DNA of 63,953 nt. It comes from Negaprion brevirostris. Its lineage: Eukaryota. Position 1 is the stretch's first letter. Each line of letters opens with the position of its first letter. The position numbers and the translations under genes were made by a program. The notes beneath the pieces are model-generated. The model searched no databases. It saw nothing but the letters and a program-made list of their open reading frames with translations, and was not told the origin of the DNA. Shown piece by piece: positions 38,746 to 52,177 of this stretch. Where the stretch lies: contig JARDVH010000179.1 of assembly GCA_030324005.1 (NCBI GenBank), positions 5,856,776 through 5,920,728 on the forward strand, read 5' to 3'.

Positions 38746-41700
38746 TAGCCTGTGCTCTCAAATCTTTGATCTGGGAAATTACACAAATAATTTATGCCCT
38801 CATGAAGACAACTGTAGAAATCTTATCTAGGCCAGGGTCAAAGGTTTTATCCATTGTTCAGCATTTTCCACTTCCAACTCGGACCCCAGTGAATACACAA
38901 ACGCCACCCTTTGAATTTCAATCACCAAGTCTGTTCAGCAATCTCACACATCAGGTGATTCCACTGTCTTATTTTTAAAACTTGCACTCCAACCTGAAAG
39001 TTTTATTCTTAAAACATATGGATCACAAAGTGCCCTTATAGTATGCTTTTGGAGGCATTTAGCGTTACCAGCAAATCAGACCAATCCTAAACCCAACTCA
39101 TGAACAATCTTGTAATTTAGTGTGCACATTAAGGAATGCGCTGTACAAATTTTCTGCAAAGATCAGTCCTATCATTCCAACTATAACTACAATATCAATC
39201 CACTGTTAAGATACACATTAGCTGCTTACTGCAAGAATCTTTAACTTTGGCAAAAAGTTGTCAATGAAATTATGCACTAACATTAATTATTACAGCACAC
39301 TTTATTATCTTAACAGTAAACAGCAAGTCTATCAAGGTACTTAGCCAAATAACTGATAGGATATGCAATTATAATGGTAATCTGAATCACAGAATTCAGT
39401 ATGTTTGGTATGGAGTATGGCTCTGTTGGATGGGAAAATGAACCCTCAATAAGAGAATTACGTCTTTTGGAATGTGGCTGTGATACATTATGGACACCAC
39501 CGAGCAGATACGCTCCAAGCAATGTCTTTTTTTTTTAAAATGAGATCTGCCCAGTAGTTCGAAAACATTTTATCCCAGCTATAAATAATGCTGGTAAAAC
39601 GATTAGGATAAAACACCAGGTCACTTTCAGGTTTGTTTGGAATAACTTTTTCCACTATACAAGACAGTATGATATGGATAGTTCTCTTTGACAACATCCT
39701 TGATGAAATATAACCTAGAAAAGCCTAGAAGTGCAGCAGAGATAGGAACCAAGATGGTTGAAATTCTTTGCTCTCAAGTCTCGTCTTGGAATACGCATAA
39801 TTTAGCATTAACTTCTATGTCAGAGTTAAGTGGGATTGTTATAATAGCATTTTTCGGTCAATTCCTGAAGCAATTACAGTAGTGTTTTCCGCTGCCAAGT
39901 AAATTTATGATTCATCAACTCTGGGACTAGGAAACAAAAAGAGGTTACATAGTTTGGGTCATGATTACATACAAAAGAACTATTACAACGAATATAAAGG
40001 TCCATTCAAAACTCAGGTATTGGATCCAAATGCTTATATGAAATGGATCCACAACTAACCTGGAAAAACAAATTTCAACAGGAAGCCTTAGGAAAACAAT
40101 GGATTGTATCTAATGAGCAAGAGAAGCAGTACACAATAAAGCTCAAACATCAATTACAGAATGACTGGGAAAGCATGCAAGAATGTAAAATACATCAGAT
40201 GCACTCTCATCTACTGCTGGATTGCCTCATTTTAGTGTCATATCGATAGATCTGCCACCTGTTGTCAAACTTCTGAACACTATAATGAAATAGATTCTTA
40301 CAGCTGCCACAACAGGAACAGGAGTGACAGTCACCAGCACTGCATTGCAGACTGTGAGCTGACAAAGGGGAAAATCAAAAAAATTGCACCTTCAGAACTA
40401 AGAACTTCCAATTTACCAAGCTGAAGTCTGTCTTCTTCCAAATCATCCCATTTATTTGGGAAATTCTTTTGTCCACCCTGCAGTGAAATGTTAGTTATTC
40501 CCACTTCATGTATAAACTAAAGAATGACTATCAAATTTTGCAATACACCATACTGATTATTTTTACAGATTCTCTAAATGGTACAGGAGCTCAACAATGG
40601 TTAACTGTCAAAACAACTGGCAACTCAGGTTTGACCACATTGTGACCAAAACCAGACTTGCTAAAGTGCTATTTCTAAAGATTCATTCTACAAATTCAGC
40701 TTTTTCAACGCGATCAATGATGGGTAGGGATCTGCTAACTTGGTTTCTACTTTTGAGAGAAGTCTGACTAGCCTTGATGCATCAGATAAACACACAGCTA
40801 AACATCAGAAATTGGAGAATTCTAACTGGGTTCTACACATTTGTTACACTCACTGTTGGTAAACGTGCATAAACAAGACTCAACTTCAGTATGGTGTACT
40901 TTTAAGATGAAGTAACATGCAGGCACCAACTTCCTAAGTTCGCACAAGAATTACCACCTGAACTAGGTACTGGAATACCTCTTTGGAGGAAAAGAATGGA
41001 TACCCAATTGGAAAAGATGATAGACAGAGCACATGTGGCCAGGCATACGGTTCAAGTCCTGCAGGACAAGGTGCTGGGTTGGAACAAAAAAGGTGGGGAG
41101 CAGATGGAATGGGGAGAGATACAGGAATTAAAAGGGAAACATGTACAGTGCTGTGGGTGTGTGGGCAGTTCAGTGACAGGACAAATGCAGAGGTCATGAG
41201 GAAGGTGTAGAGCTGGGGAGCAGATAAGCAAGCAATTGGTCACCGCTTGCACTGCTCCCTCACCATTTACTATTTTCTGAAACATCACTCTAATAAAGCT
41301 GCGTCAGCCTCAATTAACTGCTCTACCTTTGAAGATGGGCTCAAATCCACCGACTGAAGAGTTGCATGTTATCAACTGAGGACAATTTGACAATGTAACA
41401 GGAGATGCCCTTACCCAAGAAATAGTGTAGCATAAATTTTTTCCACGGTGATTCAATTACTTAAAATTCACCACTATGACAAAAAGCTCCAGTAACTCAT
41501 GCATCATTCAAAGTCAGAACAGACGCACGAAATAAAAATCTACATAAATTTACAGTTTTGAACTAATTCATTCCCACACTTTGGGGGTCACTGGCATGGA
41601 TCCAGAGTATGTCGAAGGTCGTTTTCAGGAACTGTGTTGGGCTGGGACTACAGGCACACGTAGGTCAGACTAGTTCAATAGGCAAGTTTCCTTCCATAAA

Positions 41701-44700
41701 AGATTTACAACAATCTGACAGCACAATGATTACATTTACTGATTCTAATTACTTATTTCCACACCACCTTCATAAAAAACTGCCATTCAAATTACCATGG
41801 TGGGAGGTAAACTAATTTTCACTGGATTATTTAGTCTAGGCTTATTATAGTCCAGTATTGTAACTCTTACATTATGATTTAATATTCATGAAGTTGTCCC
41901 AGTTACCTTTGTCTGCTTTAGAACTCTAAAATTGATCCATGCACAAGCTAGTTTAAAATACAAGGGGCATTTATAAAAATGTTAGTTTTAAACAAAAGCT
42001 CCAGCAGTTCAATCAGTACATCATTCATTTAAAGAGTTACATCTTAATGTTACAACCAAGCAAGCTTCTGTTCATTTATAAACTAAACAAAGCAATAATC
42101 TAATGGACTTGTTCAACGAAGTGGAAATGTATTATACAACCATAATTCAAATGTATGAATCACACTGCTGACTTAATCATGTGAATGCAGTACACACACA
42201 GACTAACCAACAAATAGGCAGCTAATCAACAAGAGGCAAGAGAATAAGTAGCTGTAACACGTCTACATTATATGAACAGTTCATTAAACTATCCACTCAG
42301 ACAGGAATGCAGTTTGGTCAAATGTGAATACTAACTATGTTCATTCAGGCCAGTCAGATTGTGAATCAGTGGCTAATCACTAAGGGGAACTCCCATTTTT
42401 ATGCTGACAAGGTGGGGGAGGGGAAATATGATGCAACACAATGGTTTCACCCTTTGTCGTTCTAACCCACTGAAAAGCAGTCTTGTTCTCTGAAAATCAG
42501 ACATGGGCTAAAAAGGTAAGCTTTTTGGTGTTACGCACATTTAAATAATATTTTTCATCTCAAATGGTTTTGCTTGAAAACAAGAGATGTGGAAATCAGA
42601 GTACTCGACAGAATGAACACAGTGGTAGGGCCACTGTGTTGACGTTTCACCATAAATGAGAACTCGGATTTTGTGATGGCTTGCCTGCTTTGTATAACCC
42701 ATTATAAACAAGATGTCAGGCTACATGGAGTAGCTAAATAATTTCAGCTATCTCATCTGCAGGCCATGGTGGAATACTCAAAATAAATGGGAAATTAAGA
42801 AGAACAAATCCATCAAATACAAATCCACAACAAAGTGTCAGAGCGTACACAAAAACTTTGTCCAGTTATAACAGCTCCTGATACGTAAATAACTATTAAA
42901 AATAAAAGAGGAAAACTGCATGTTTGAGCACACTGGACAAATCATTGCACTGACTCACGTGAAGGATAGCCACTTGGGCAGAGGATGGAATCAAATGCTA
43001 GCAAGGATTAAGGTGGGTGGTGGTGCAGGGAAGAAAATTAGGTCGAAATATTGACAAATGTGTTAGAAAACAAATACAATCTTTTTCTCCCTCTTTGGCT
43101 ACAAATACGGTGTAGACGTCACTGCTTGATCTAACAGAAAGGTAGCAATGCTCCTTTCAAAGCCAATAAGGCAGACATAGGCAAGGCATAAAGAAAATGA
43201 AGATACATTCTCTAAACAAAATCCCATCCCACGGGGGAAATGTTTTGTTTTTAAATAATTCCTCTTAATAGACTTGTTGCATCTGGAAACTAAAAAGAGA
43301 CTACTCCTTATGTAACTGTTCAGCATATTAAATTCATTACTATTTCATTTTCATGGCCAATTATTGTAATGGATAGTGACATGCGTTTGTGCAGAACAAT
43401 TCCATAATCATCACTGTCGCAGTTACATGTTTTAAGGTTGCAAGCAAAAAATCTTTTTCACCCAAGGTGAAGGAGATTTTTTTTCCAACACTGAGCATTG
43501 GATTTGCTGGCACAGATCCCACTGTGTGTGTCAGTAGGGCAATTGCTGAACAGGATATCTGTTCCTAGATCTCCACTCCCGATATACCCAATTCAACAGC
43601 TGCTACTCCGGGTGAAAGCTGTTCATAACAGCCATTTCAACTAATTAGCTGGCAGAGATCCAGCACTAGAGTGGATTCTGATTCTGGGCAATATCCTTCA
43701 ATAAAGAAAACAAAGTAATTCTGGAGAGTTATAAAAGGCTAAAATGTCTTGAAAGACTGCTTAGACAAAATTTTGCATATTTTAATTTCTATGCTAGCAG
43801 ATGCATGGTGGTGAGGTTACAGGGGGCACAAACTGTTTTTAACAATGGATTTGAAAGCCATAAAAAGAAAACTCAGGGGAAAACAACATGCTGCAACAAG
43901 TCAAATCCGGACCCACATTAGTTAAAATAAACAGAGCACCAACTTCACAATTAGAACTTCTAATCAACAAATTTATAATCTTACTGTGCATCAGAGTCAA
44001 GTTCTCTGCCTCACTATATTGCTGTCAAGAGCAAAGTTAAGTGAGGCAAGACAACACGCTGCCCCCTTTCTCTCAACTAAACGTGGAGAACTTATCACGT
44101 GTTCTCAATCCTGCACTCCTTAGTCATCAGGTCAGAGTCATTAGCTGATGCTACAATTACTGAATGGGTCAGAGAGATCAGGAGATAAAGAGGGGCACAG
44201 TTGCCTCACAAATATGTATAACTGGTCATGGGTCCTTGTTCTGCTTCCTGTGGAAATGAATTGAATGTATTCAGACAACTTGTTTATTTTTTTCAGGTGT
44301 TCCTGACTACACAATATAGACTTCTCCTGGACTTTAAATTTTGTAGAATTTTACTATTGGAATCACCATTTAGCCTTCCTTACATATTGAAATTAGGCTG
44401 ATTACAGTTTGATGTACTTGCCTCCTTCAGAACTAAGCAGAAAGTAGCCATAACAAACTTTCATACATTGCCAGCAAAGCATTTCTCTTCTTTTCAGTGC
44501 ACCTTATCAGGAAGAACCTTGGGAATTGCATAATGTACTGCTGCAGTCACAAACTGTCTAAATTACTGCACAACAAAAATGTTAAGATAGACTTTTGAGG
44601 TTGTTTGAGGGAAAGGATAAGAATTAGGGTACCTTTCCTTCTCTTCAAATAGTGCACCAGGTGAACAGATTCCATACCAAGTATATGATTCATGTTGCAC

Positions 44701-44879
44701 CAGAATATACAGCATTTTTGTGTAGCCTAAAAGTAAGGCTTAATTACTGACACTATATGAAATTCTCGAAAGAATCAGAAATAGAATAATAGAAACCCTA
44801 CCGTACAGAAAGAGGCCATCTGACCCATCGAGTTTGCACCGACCACAATCCCATTCAGGCCCTATCCCCNNNNNNNNNN

Positions 44880-45004
44880 AACTGTCTGTGCTTTATATGC
44901 TCTGTCTGAGGCCAGAACTCTCCATTCACCTGATGAAGGGACTAACCCTGAAAGCTAGTGAGTGTACTATCAAATAAATCGGTTGGACCGAAACCTGGTG
45001 TTGG
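44880..45004 (+). mobile_element. Penelope-like terminal repeat fragment nested in a minus-strand SINE
   Basis: Shares gaaagct.gtgagt.tactatcaaataaatcggttggac..aaacctggtgttg with 23561-23616. It is flanked by SINE tail (44771-44869) and SINE head (45005-45100). Confidence 0.75.
44923..44964 (+). ncRNA. Minimal type I hammerhead ribozyme motif in a Penelope-like element terminal repeat
   Basis: cattcac CTGATGA aggg actaa ccct GAAA gc TA gtgagtg. Stem I is 7 bp (one G-U), the core CUGAUGA/GAAA/UH is intact, stem II is 4 bp, and stem III is vestigial with a palindromic AGCU. Confidence 0.7.
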
Positions 45005-46299
45005 CAAATTCCACACAGACAGTGATCCAAGCCGGGAATCGAACCCAGGTCCCTCGAGCTGTGAAGCAGCAGTGCTAACCACTGTGCTACTGTGCCACCC
45101 TTCTCATATTTCAAAACACTCTCGTATTTTTGGCCAATTTTCAACTGATGGACAGAATCTCCCCATATTGATTATGGAATACAAGAGGAAAAAAAGAACA
45201 AATCATAGGTTTGAATAATGAAGTTGACTGACTATAAGTTTCACAACACAAACAGGTAATTTAGCCCAAAGGTTTGCAACAGGGTTGATGCTTCCACCTT
45301 TCCTCAACTCACCCTGCCAACATATCTTTCTATATTTCTTGGAGAATTCCAAAATTTCACAACCCTCTGAATCATAAAATTCTACAGTTCTTCTGAACTG
45401 TGATAGTCATTTGACCCATCAAGTCTGCATCAACACCAGAGTATCCAATCTAGACCCTATCCTCACGACCCCACATATTTACACCAGAAGCCTGAATATC
45501 TTTGGACACTAAGGGGAAATGTTATCATGTACTTAATACAGTTTCATCTATAGTCATTCTCCAGTTCCACATTCACACAAGTAAGCAACACAAACTACAG
45601 TAGCAGTCAGAAAATGTTCCAAATGCCATTGTAACAGCCAGCCACAATAAATATCAAAATTACACAACAAAATCAACTTTCGAGTTATTGGTAAAGTAGG
45701 CAGCAGTTCTTTTCCTTTATAACCCCTATTAAATAGGACGTGAGGCACGAGTTGCATACTAAACCCGTAATGTACATTAAAAAGTGAAATAATTTAGTAG
45801 ACGCTCAAGCGGAGCCTCACGCTTTAAAATTTTACTTGCCCGAAATAGTCCCAAATTGATGTGCATCAGAACACATGTTTTGCTTCAGGTAACCAGATGA
45901 AATATTAAGATCCAGAGTTAGGCAAGAGCAAATTTCAAGTACTAACCCAGTGAGCTTTCACCCTCGACATGCCTCCCGCAATAGTTTTTTCCCATTACAG
46001 GATGCAACTTAAAAATATTACAGTTTTAGATAACAAAATAATTGAGATTTCTCAGTATGTGGCGATTTTCCAGAAATCTCTAAATCTGGCACAGAAGCAA
46101 TTAGGAATGCTTCCACCGAAATGACAATACAGGACTGCTAATTGTATCTGGTACAATTTCCCCATCTGAACAAGAAGTCCTGCATACTTACTTGATACTT
46201 CTCTCCATCAGCAGTGTTAACATACTGGAAGAACCCCTGGCCCTGCCTGCACATGCAAATCAGCCCATTTCAGAACTTCCCAACTGAAGTCCATTAAAT

Positions 46300-47255
46300 A
46301 AATTACATTATGTATGTTCTCCAGTTCCGACTGATTGACAGTTCCAGTGTGCCACAGCAAAAAATAGCACCAACCTCCTCAGAGGAGGAACGAGGAGACA
46401 GTACCCTTCGTCATCCAGTACTTCCTCGGAGCAGAGAAGCTACAACATCTTCTCTGCAGCCTTCAACATGTCATCAAAGAAGACAAACATCTCGCCAAGG
46501 ATATCCCCACACTCCCATTACTTGCCTTGAAACAATCACGCATCCTCAAACAGACCATTGTCCTCACCGAACTACACAGCCTTCAGAAGAAGTGACCATG
46601 AAATCACACTATCTTGCCTCAGCAACCTCTGCAAAACGTATTGAACCATCGACACGGACGTCATCATCTCACATGAGAACACCATCCACCAGGCACATGG
46701 TACATTGGCCAGACCACGCAGATGCAATGACAATGGATGAATGGATACCGTTCAACAATCACCAGGCAGGAGTGCCCCTTTCCTGTTAGGAAACACTTCA
46801 GCAGTCAAGGGCATTCAGCCTCTGATCTTTGGGTAAACGTAGTCCAAGGCAGCCTGCACAACACACAACGCAGAATTGCCGAGCAAAACTGATTGCCAAG
46901 TTCCGCACGTTGAGAACAGCCTCAAAACTAGGATCTTGGGTTCACCTCACACTATCTGTAACCCCCACAACATGCCTAGGCTTGCAAAATCTCACCAACT
47001 GTCCTAGCTTGAGACAATTTACACCTCTTTANNNNNNNNNNGATTACCTGTTAAGACTTGCATTCCAACCATTACCTTATAAACGGAGTCCGTGCCTATA
47101 TGTCCCCTGTTTGTGAACCCAATTCTTCACTCACCTGATGGAGCAGTGCTCCAAAAGCTTGTGCCACCAAATAAACCTGTTGGGCTTTAACCTGGTGTTG
47201 CGAGACTTCTTACTGTGCCTACCCCAATCCAACGCCAGTAACTCAACTGCATGAC
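46300..47255 (+). mobile_element. Penelope-like retroelement 3' remnant (decayed GIY-YIG endonuclease plus terminal repeat)
   Basis: Broken frames read ...IDTDVIISHENTIHQAHGT..., HFSSQGHSASDLWVNVVQG... and ...LIAKFRT. They are followed by the terminal repeat tcacctgatg...aaataaacctgttgggctttaacctggtgttg, with a degenerate hammerhead at 47131-47163. Confidence 0.8.
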
Positions 47256-49889
47256 TGAATCCTGACACCGGAACCAAAAATAGACCCTGGCTACACCCCC
47301 AAAACTCAAATTTATTAAGAAAAAAATGAAACATTCCACACACAGTGCTCAAGCACTCCTCCTCCTCCCATCACAGACTGAAACAAATGCAAATGATTCA
47401 GCATAATTTAATACAACTGTTAGAATTGTGATGAGGTAGTGAAACCAAAGGCTTGAAGACAGAGCTTTAGTCATGAGTCACAGATAATTACATGAATTTG
47501 TACGGAGGATGCAGTAGATAGGAATTGCAAGAATCACTAAATGAATGGCCTGAGCTAAGAGCAGAACAGGTTGCAGAGGCTGCTGCAATGAATGAATGGC
47601 TTTATGTTCTGCCACTGTGTGTGTGTAAAGAATATCACTAGCAAGTTCTGTGAACCTGAGGAAGAGGAGAACAGAAAAACAGAAGAGAGAGAAAAGCAAA
47701 GATGGAGAAAATTCAAGCCACAAAGTAACAAAGCAGAAACCAGAAGCAGGGGATGTTTTACATGGGACTGTTGCAGTTGAGCTCTTTTCAATTTCAGATT
47801 TACTCTATGTAGTGGATATTTGGTTGTATTTCTCCCATCCTCCCTCTAACTGGAAATCTTAGAAGCCTCAGGGTTTTTTTTCTGGGCCTGGAGGTAAAGG
47901 CCAATTCATGACCCTAAAATTGGGCAAAGACCAACTAAGGAGCAGCATTTTCCAGTCCTCTGGGTCCAAGGACTACGAACAGCTGCTGTCTAAATAAGTG
48001 AACAAAAAAGAGTGCCAACAGGGCCTTGGTCCAAATCAAAAAGCATCCTTGTCACATCTATTCCAAGGCCCCATCCCACCCTATCATGTGAAACAACATA
48101 CAAGTGGGAGATCCATTAAGTGGAGCAGGGCATGACATCACTGCAGATATAATATGCACTAATTCTGGAACTGTACATACTTGCCAGTCACTGACATGTA
48201 CTTTCCAAAAGCAAGAGAACCAGCCTACCAAAAAGAGGGTTAGAACACTTATTAGGCACACACAGGCTTTATGGAACATGGACATTTGGCCTTTGCTACA
48301 CTTTATTTTTAGTATAGAATTCTACAGCAACTTTCTCAACTTTTCTTGTCTTGAAGCCTCAAAGAAAATTACATCTTTTAACAGTTTACCAGATGTGCTC
48401 ATCAATTTGATAGACACACTGAAGTTGACTTAAAAGCCCTCAAAGCAAGCACGTCACCTTGTGACAAAATGCTAACCATCACTCCAATGGCTACCAGCAA
48501 AGCAGAAAATATCCACTTACAAATTTACTGTGAAATTGCAAAAATAAACATAATATCCTGTATAGTCACAACAGTTAACAGATTTTACTTGAAAGCTGCA
48601 GCACGATCCGATTAGCTTGTTTGAACTGACAGGCTGTGAAAAGGATTTCCACATAAGCCATGACAATTTGCTCAGACAGCTCGAAACAAACCTGGCCTTG
48701 TTTCAAGTGGATTCGCTGCTGCACTGTCCCAGTCACACTATACAGAAAATTGATCAATCCCATAAACATGCAACAATGGGCCCGCCAAAATTATTTGAAC
48801 TTCCCTCCAAGTCACTGGAACTGCCAAAACATTAGCTTATTTCCATGAAGCTCACACATGGAGCTTGAAGCATTTCACAAGGCAAACTGTTCGAGTGACT
48901 AGTGTTCTGAAAACGTAGTTACTGCTGGCAAATGAATTAAGTGATCAAGTATATACAATTATACATAAATCATTATGGGAAATGCATTCTTTGTAGCTTA
49001 ATTAATTGTGTTCAACAGGCTCAGTGCAAGTTATTTATTTACCAGCTTTAAAATCAATTTTAAGTTACAGTAAAACAAACTGAACTAAACAAAATGGCTG
49101 GCAAACACTTTCTTGCATATTCACATGTAGGAAGGATTGCCATACCTAATTATAGCAATGAGGCAAGGAAGATTGTCACTTAAAAGTACAAGTCAGCTGC
49201 AAAGTGAAATAGCAATCCATTAAAGTGGCTTGGGTGAACAAAATGGAATTTCTATTGAAGAAGTACACAATGCGCAGATATTAACAGGCATTAAAGCTGC
49301 ATTATATTTTGCTTTGTAATTGGCAGCCATTGCAAAGATAAACCATTCCTTGATGTTTAATTACAACACAATTCAAACAATTTTGTCAATCATGCTTACA
49401 TGCAGAAAGATACTTTACCATAGAGGGCAAAGATCAACACAATGAGGATAAGGGGAATATTGAAGCATAACTCAAAACACGTTTGAGTACAGAGGCAAAA
49501 TGCAAGGTGAAAGAAAACAAGGCTGTTCAGGTGTGACTGCAATTGGCAGAGAAATGAGATGCAGAGACTGGTACCTGGAATATGTACAAGTAGTGATTAC
49601 AGTTGTAACTGAGAAGCTGACATGGTGAAACAGAATAGAGATCTCAAAATTAACTGGACAATGGACCTCCATTGGAACTTCACAAGGACTTGTCACGGTT
49701 GAGCTACGAGACTTGAGGTGGGGACAACGAAGCATGCGTGCCCTGCTTTTAAAAGTTGCAGTTTGTGAGAAATGACAGTATTGAAATTGCTGATCAAGTT
49801 AAACATTGAGGAGCTAAAGATGTAGTTTCAGCAGTTATGGTGGGTGCAAGTGATAGCAATGTTTTCAAAGGATGCCTCAGAATAATAGG

Positions 49890-50345
49890 CATTCTTGAAA
49901 CTTGGTTTGAGGTAGGGTGGAAGACTGTAGAGATTAAATTACAGAAAAGTTGCTAGTGCAGGGTCAAAGGGAGAGGGAAAGGGACAAGAAAAAGAAACAC
50001 GAGATGTGTGAAAGGCAAGATATGAATGGCTGCTGTCCAAAAGCAAAAACAGAGAAAAACAAGACTAAGGTCGAAACATGCATAAAGGAAACAAAAATGG
50101 GCCCACACCATCTCTTATCATTGTAGGTATTTTCAGAAATGCAAAAGAATTTATAAAAGGGAGAAGATCATAGGTTTTTAGACAATGCCCCTGATAGACT
50201 TGATGTAGAGTCCAGAAGGCTGTAGTGTCTAATCAAAAGACAAATTGTTTAAGCTTACGCTGACTTCATTGGAACACTAAAGTAAGCCGAGGACAGAGGT
50301 CAGCATGAGAGCAGGGCAGAAAATTAAAATAACAAGCAAAGAGTC
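49890..50345 (-). mobile_element. Degenerate Penelope-like element 3' remnant (second family)
   Basis: Minus strand reads ...CSNEVS/RKL...LDTTAF/QPSGLYIK, resembling the GIY-YIG C-terminal 'RKLEEQHLIFRLGTLQPxGLN' motif, followed by a pyrimidine-rich 3' region. Related pieces at ~56160-56490, 23236-23285 and 26555-26640. Confidence 0.5.
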
Positions 50346-51465
50346 ACTTGGTAGTGCAGAACTCGAGTACTGCTGAAAAAAGGAGATACACATGCTTTTT
50401 TTTTCAACAATACTCAAATATTAGTAAGCAGTACAGAAGGTCGTTTAGCCAGCCATGCAGATCTGGCTTTTAGAAAGCAGTCATGCTTGGTGTTCTATTC
50501 TGGAGCACCAACTGGTGAAAGATATTTATAAATTGACATTACAAGCATACACCTAAAACCACCCCACACCCCCTCCTGCCAGTTTTAAGTGTCTGTTTAT
50601 ATGTGCTCAAGTGCACCACCAGCTATTGTTCTCCACCTGCACGAAATAATCACTATGCAATTTATCTTTCGTCTTACTCGTGTTTGTACATAATCCTGTA
50701 GGTTGCCAAAATATCTGCTCAACTCACCTTAAAATCAGTCGCTTGGTAGCGTAGAACTTGAATGTCGATGGAGAGACACGTGTTGATAGATTTTTCATCT
50801 TGCATTCATCAGAACAAACAAGAACTTCAAACAATCATAGCAATTTATACTGCAGGAGAAAAGGATGCAATTGACCAAGGCATTGTCATGGAGAAAGCAA
50901 CAAGCCTAAATCCCCCAACCTCCTGGGTAATCCAAAAAAAATACACGAACATATTCTTTTATTTATGTTACTGTAAGAGTTTGACCAACTGGCTTAAATT
51001 GGAAGTTACTGATTCCGCGATTCAGTGGCAGTGGAACTCTCCTGAGTGCACTAATAACCAATTTAAGCTCATTGGTTGAACTCATAACATGGATCATTAA
51101 CACTTGCTAGAAGTGATGTATATTCATACACAGGACCTGCTCTCTGCAAACAAAAGAAATATGTTCAAGCCTTGGGCTTTTTTTTCCCCCAAGAGAGCCT
51201 GGGGACAGTTCCCAATTGTTTTCTCCATGGCAATGCCTTGGCCAGTCAATCTGCAAGCCGATCAGCATCTTTTCCCCCATATTATAAATTGTTTTAAATT
51301 TGGCATTCATGCATTTTGTCCCAATGAATGCATGATGAAAACCTTTGATAAATGTCAACTTTTTCAGCAACGCCCATCTTAAAATTTGCGCCTCGGGTAG
51401 AACACTCCAGATCTAACAAGCCAGTGAAATCTTTTGCCAATGGTTCTAAACCCATGAGCGCCCAG

Positions 51466-51702
51466 GGCAGCACAGGAGTAAAGTGGTTAGCACTGCTGCT
51501 TCAGTGCCAGGAACTGGCTGTGTGGAGTTTGCACATTCTTTCCATGTCGGCATGGGTTTCCTCCAGGTGCTCCAGTTTCCTCCCAGTCTGAAAGATGTGC
51601 TGGTTAGATACATTGAACTGAACAGGCGCGGGACTGTGATGACTGGGGGAATTTCATTGTATTGTTAATGTACGCCTTGTGACGAATACATAAACTTTTA
51701 AA
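51466..51702 (+). mobile_element. V-SINE, alternative-tail subfamily (short variant)
   Basis: gtggttagcactgctgc...tgtgtggagtttgcacattct...tgtgacgaatacataaactttt. Confidence 0.85.
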
Positions 51703-51877
51703 CATTCTGGTTATTTGACCCATTTGTCAGAGGAAACAGTTTTTTCTTTCAAAATCCTATACCACCCGTAAAACTTCCATTAGGTCAATACTTAACTATC
51801 TCTGCTCCAAGGAACAATCATAACTTTTTCAATCCTTATTCCTAATTGAAATACAACAGCCTTTACATCTTTCCAGC

Positions 51878-52177
51878 TTTTAAAGTTTATTTTCGTGTCC
51901 CAAGTAGGCTTACATTAACACTGCAATGAAGTTACGTGAAAACCTCGTTACTGCCACACTGCGGCACCTGTTCTGGTACACCGAGGGAGAATTTAGCACG
52001 GCCGATGCAGCTAACCAGCACTTCTTTCGAATTGAGGGGGGAAATTGGAGCACCCAGAGGAAACATACACATACACAGGGAGAACGTGCAAACTCCGCAG
52101 TGAGCCAAGCCGGGAATCAAACCCACATCCCTGGTGCTGAGGCAGCAGTGCTAACCACTGTACCACCGTGCTGCCCC
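51878..52177 (-). mobile_element. V-SINE, alternative-tail subfamily (long variant)
   Basis: aaagtttattttcgtgtcccaagtaggcttacattaacactgcaatgaagttac...gaggcagcagtgctaaccactgtaccaccgtgctgcc. Confidence 0.85.

Larger units (their letters stand above)
44771..45100 (-). mobile_element. V-SINE (HE1-like) interrupted by a Penelope terminal repeat and a small gap
   Basis: Tail at 44771-44869; head ccgggaatcgaacccagg...gcagcagtgctaaccactgtgc at 45005-45100. Confidence 0.75.

Noticed and set aside
42945-43175. AP-1/E-box, CRE-like and CCAAT motifs as an alternative promoter
   Set aside because: Short motifs like these are expected by chance; there is no CpG island or supportable first exon.
46310-46789. 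159-aa ORF as a novel gene
   Set aside because: It is mostly an off-frame reading of a decayed Penelope element.
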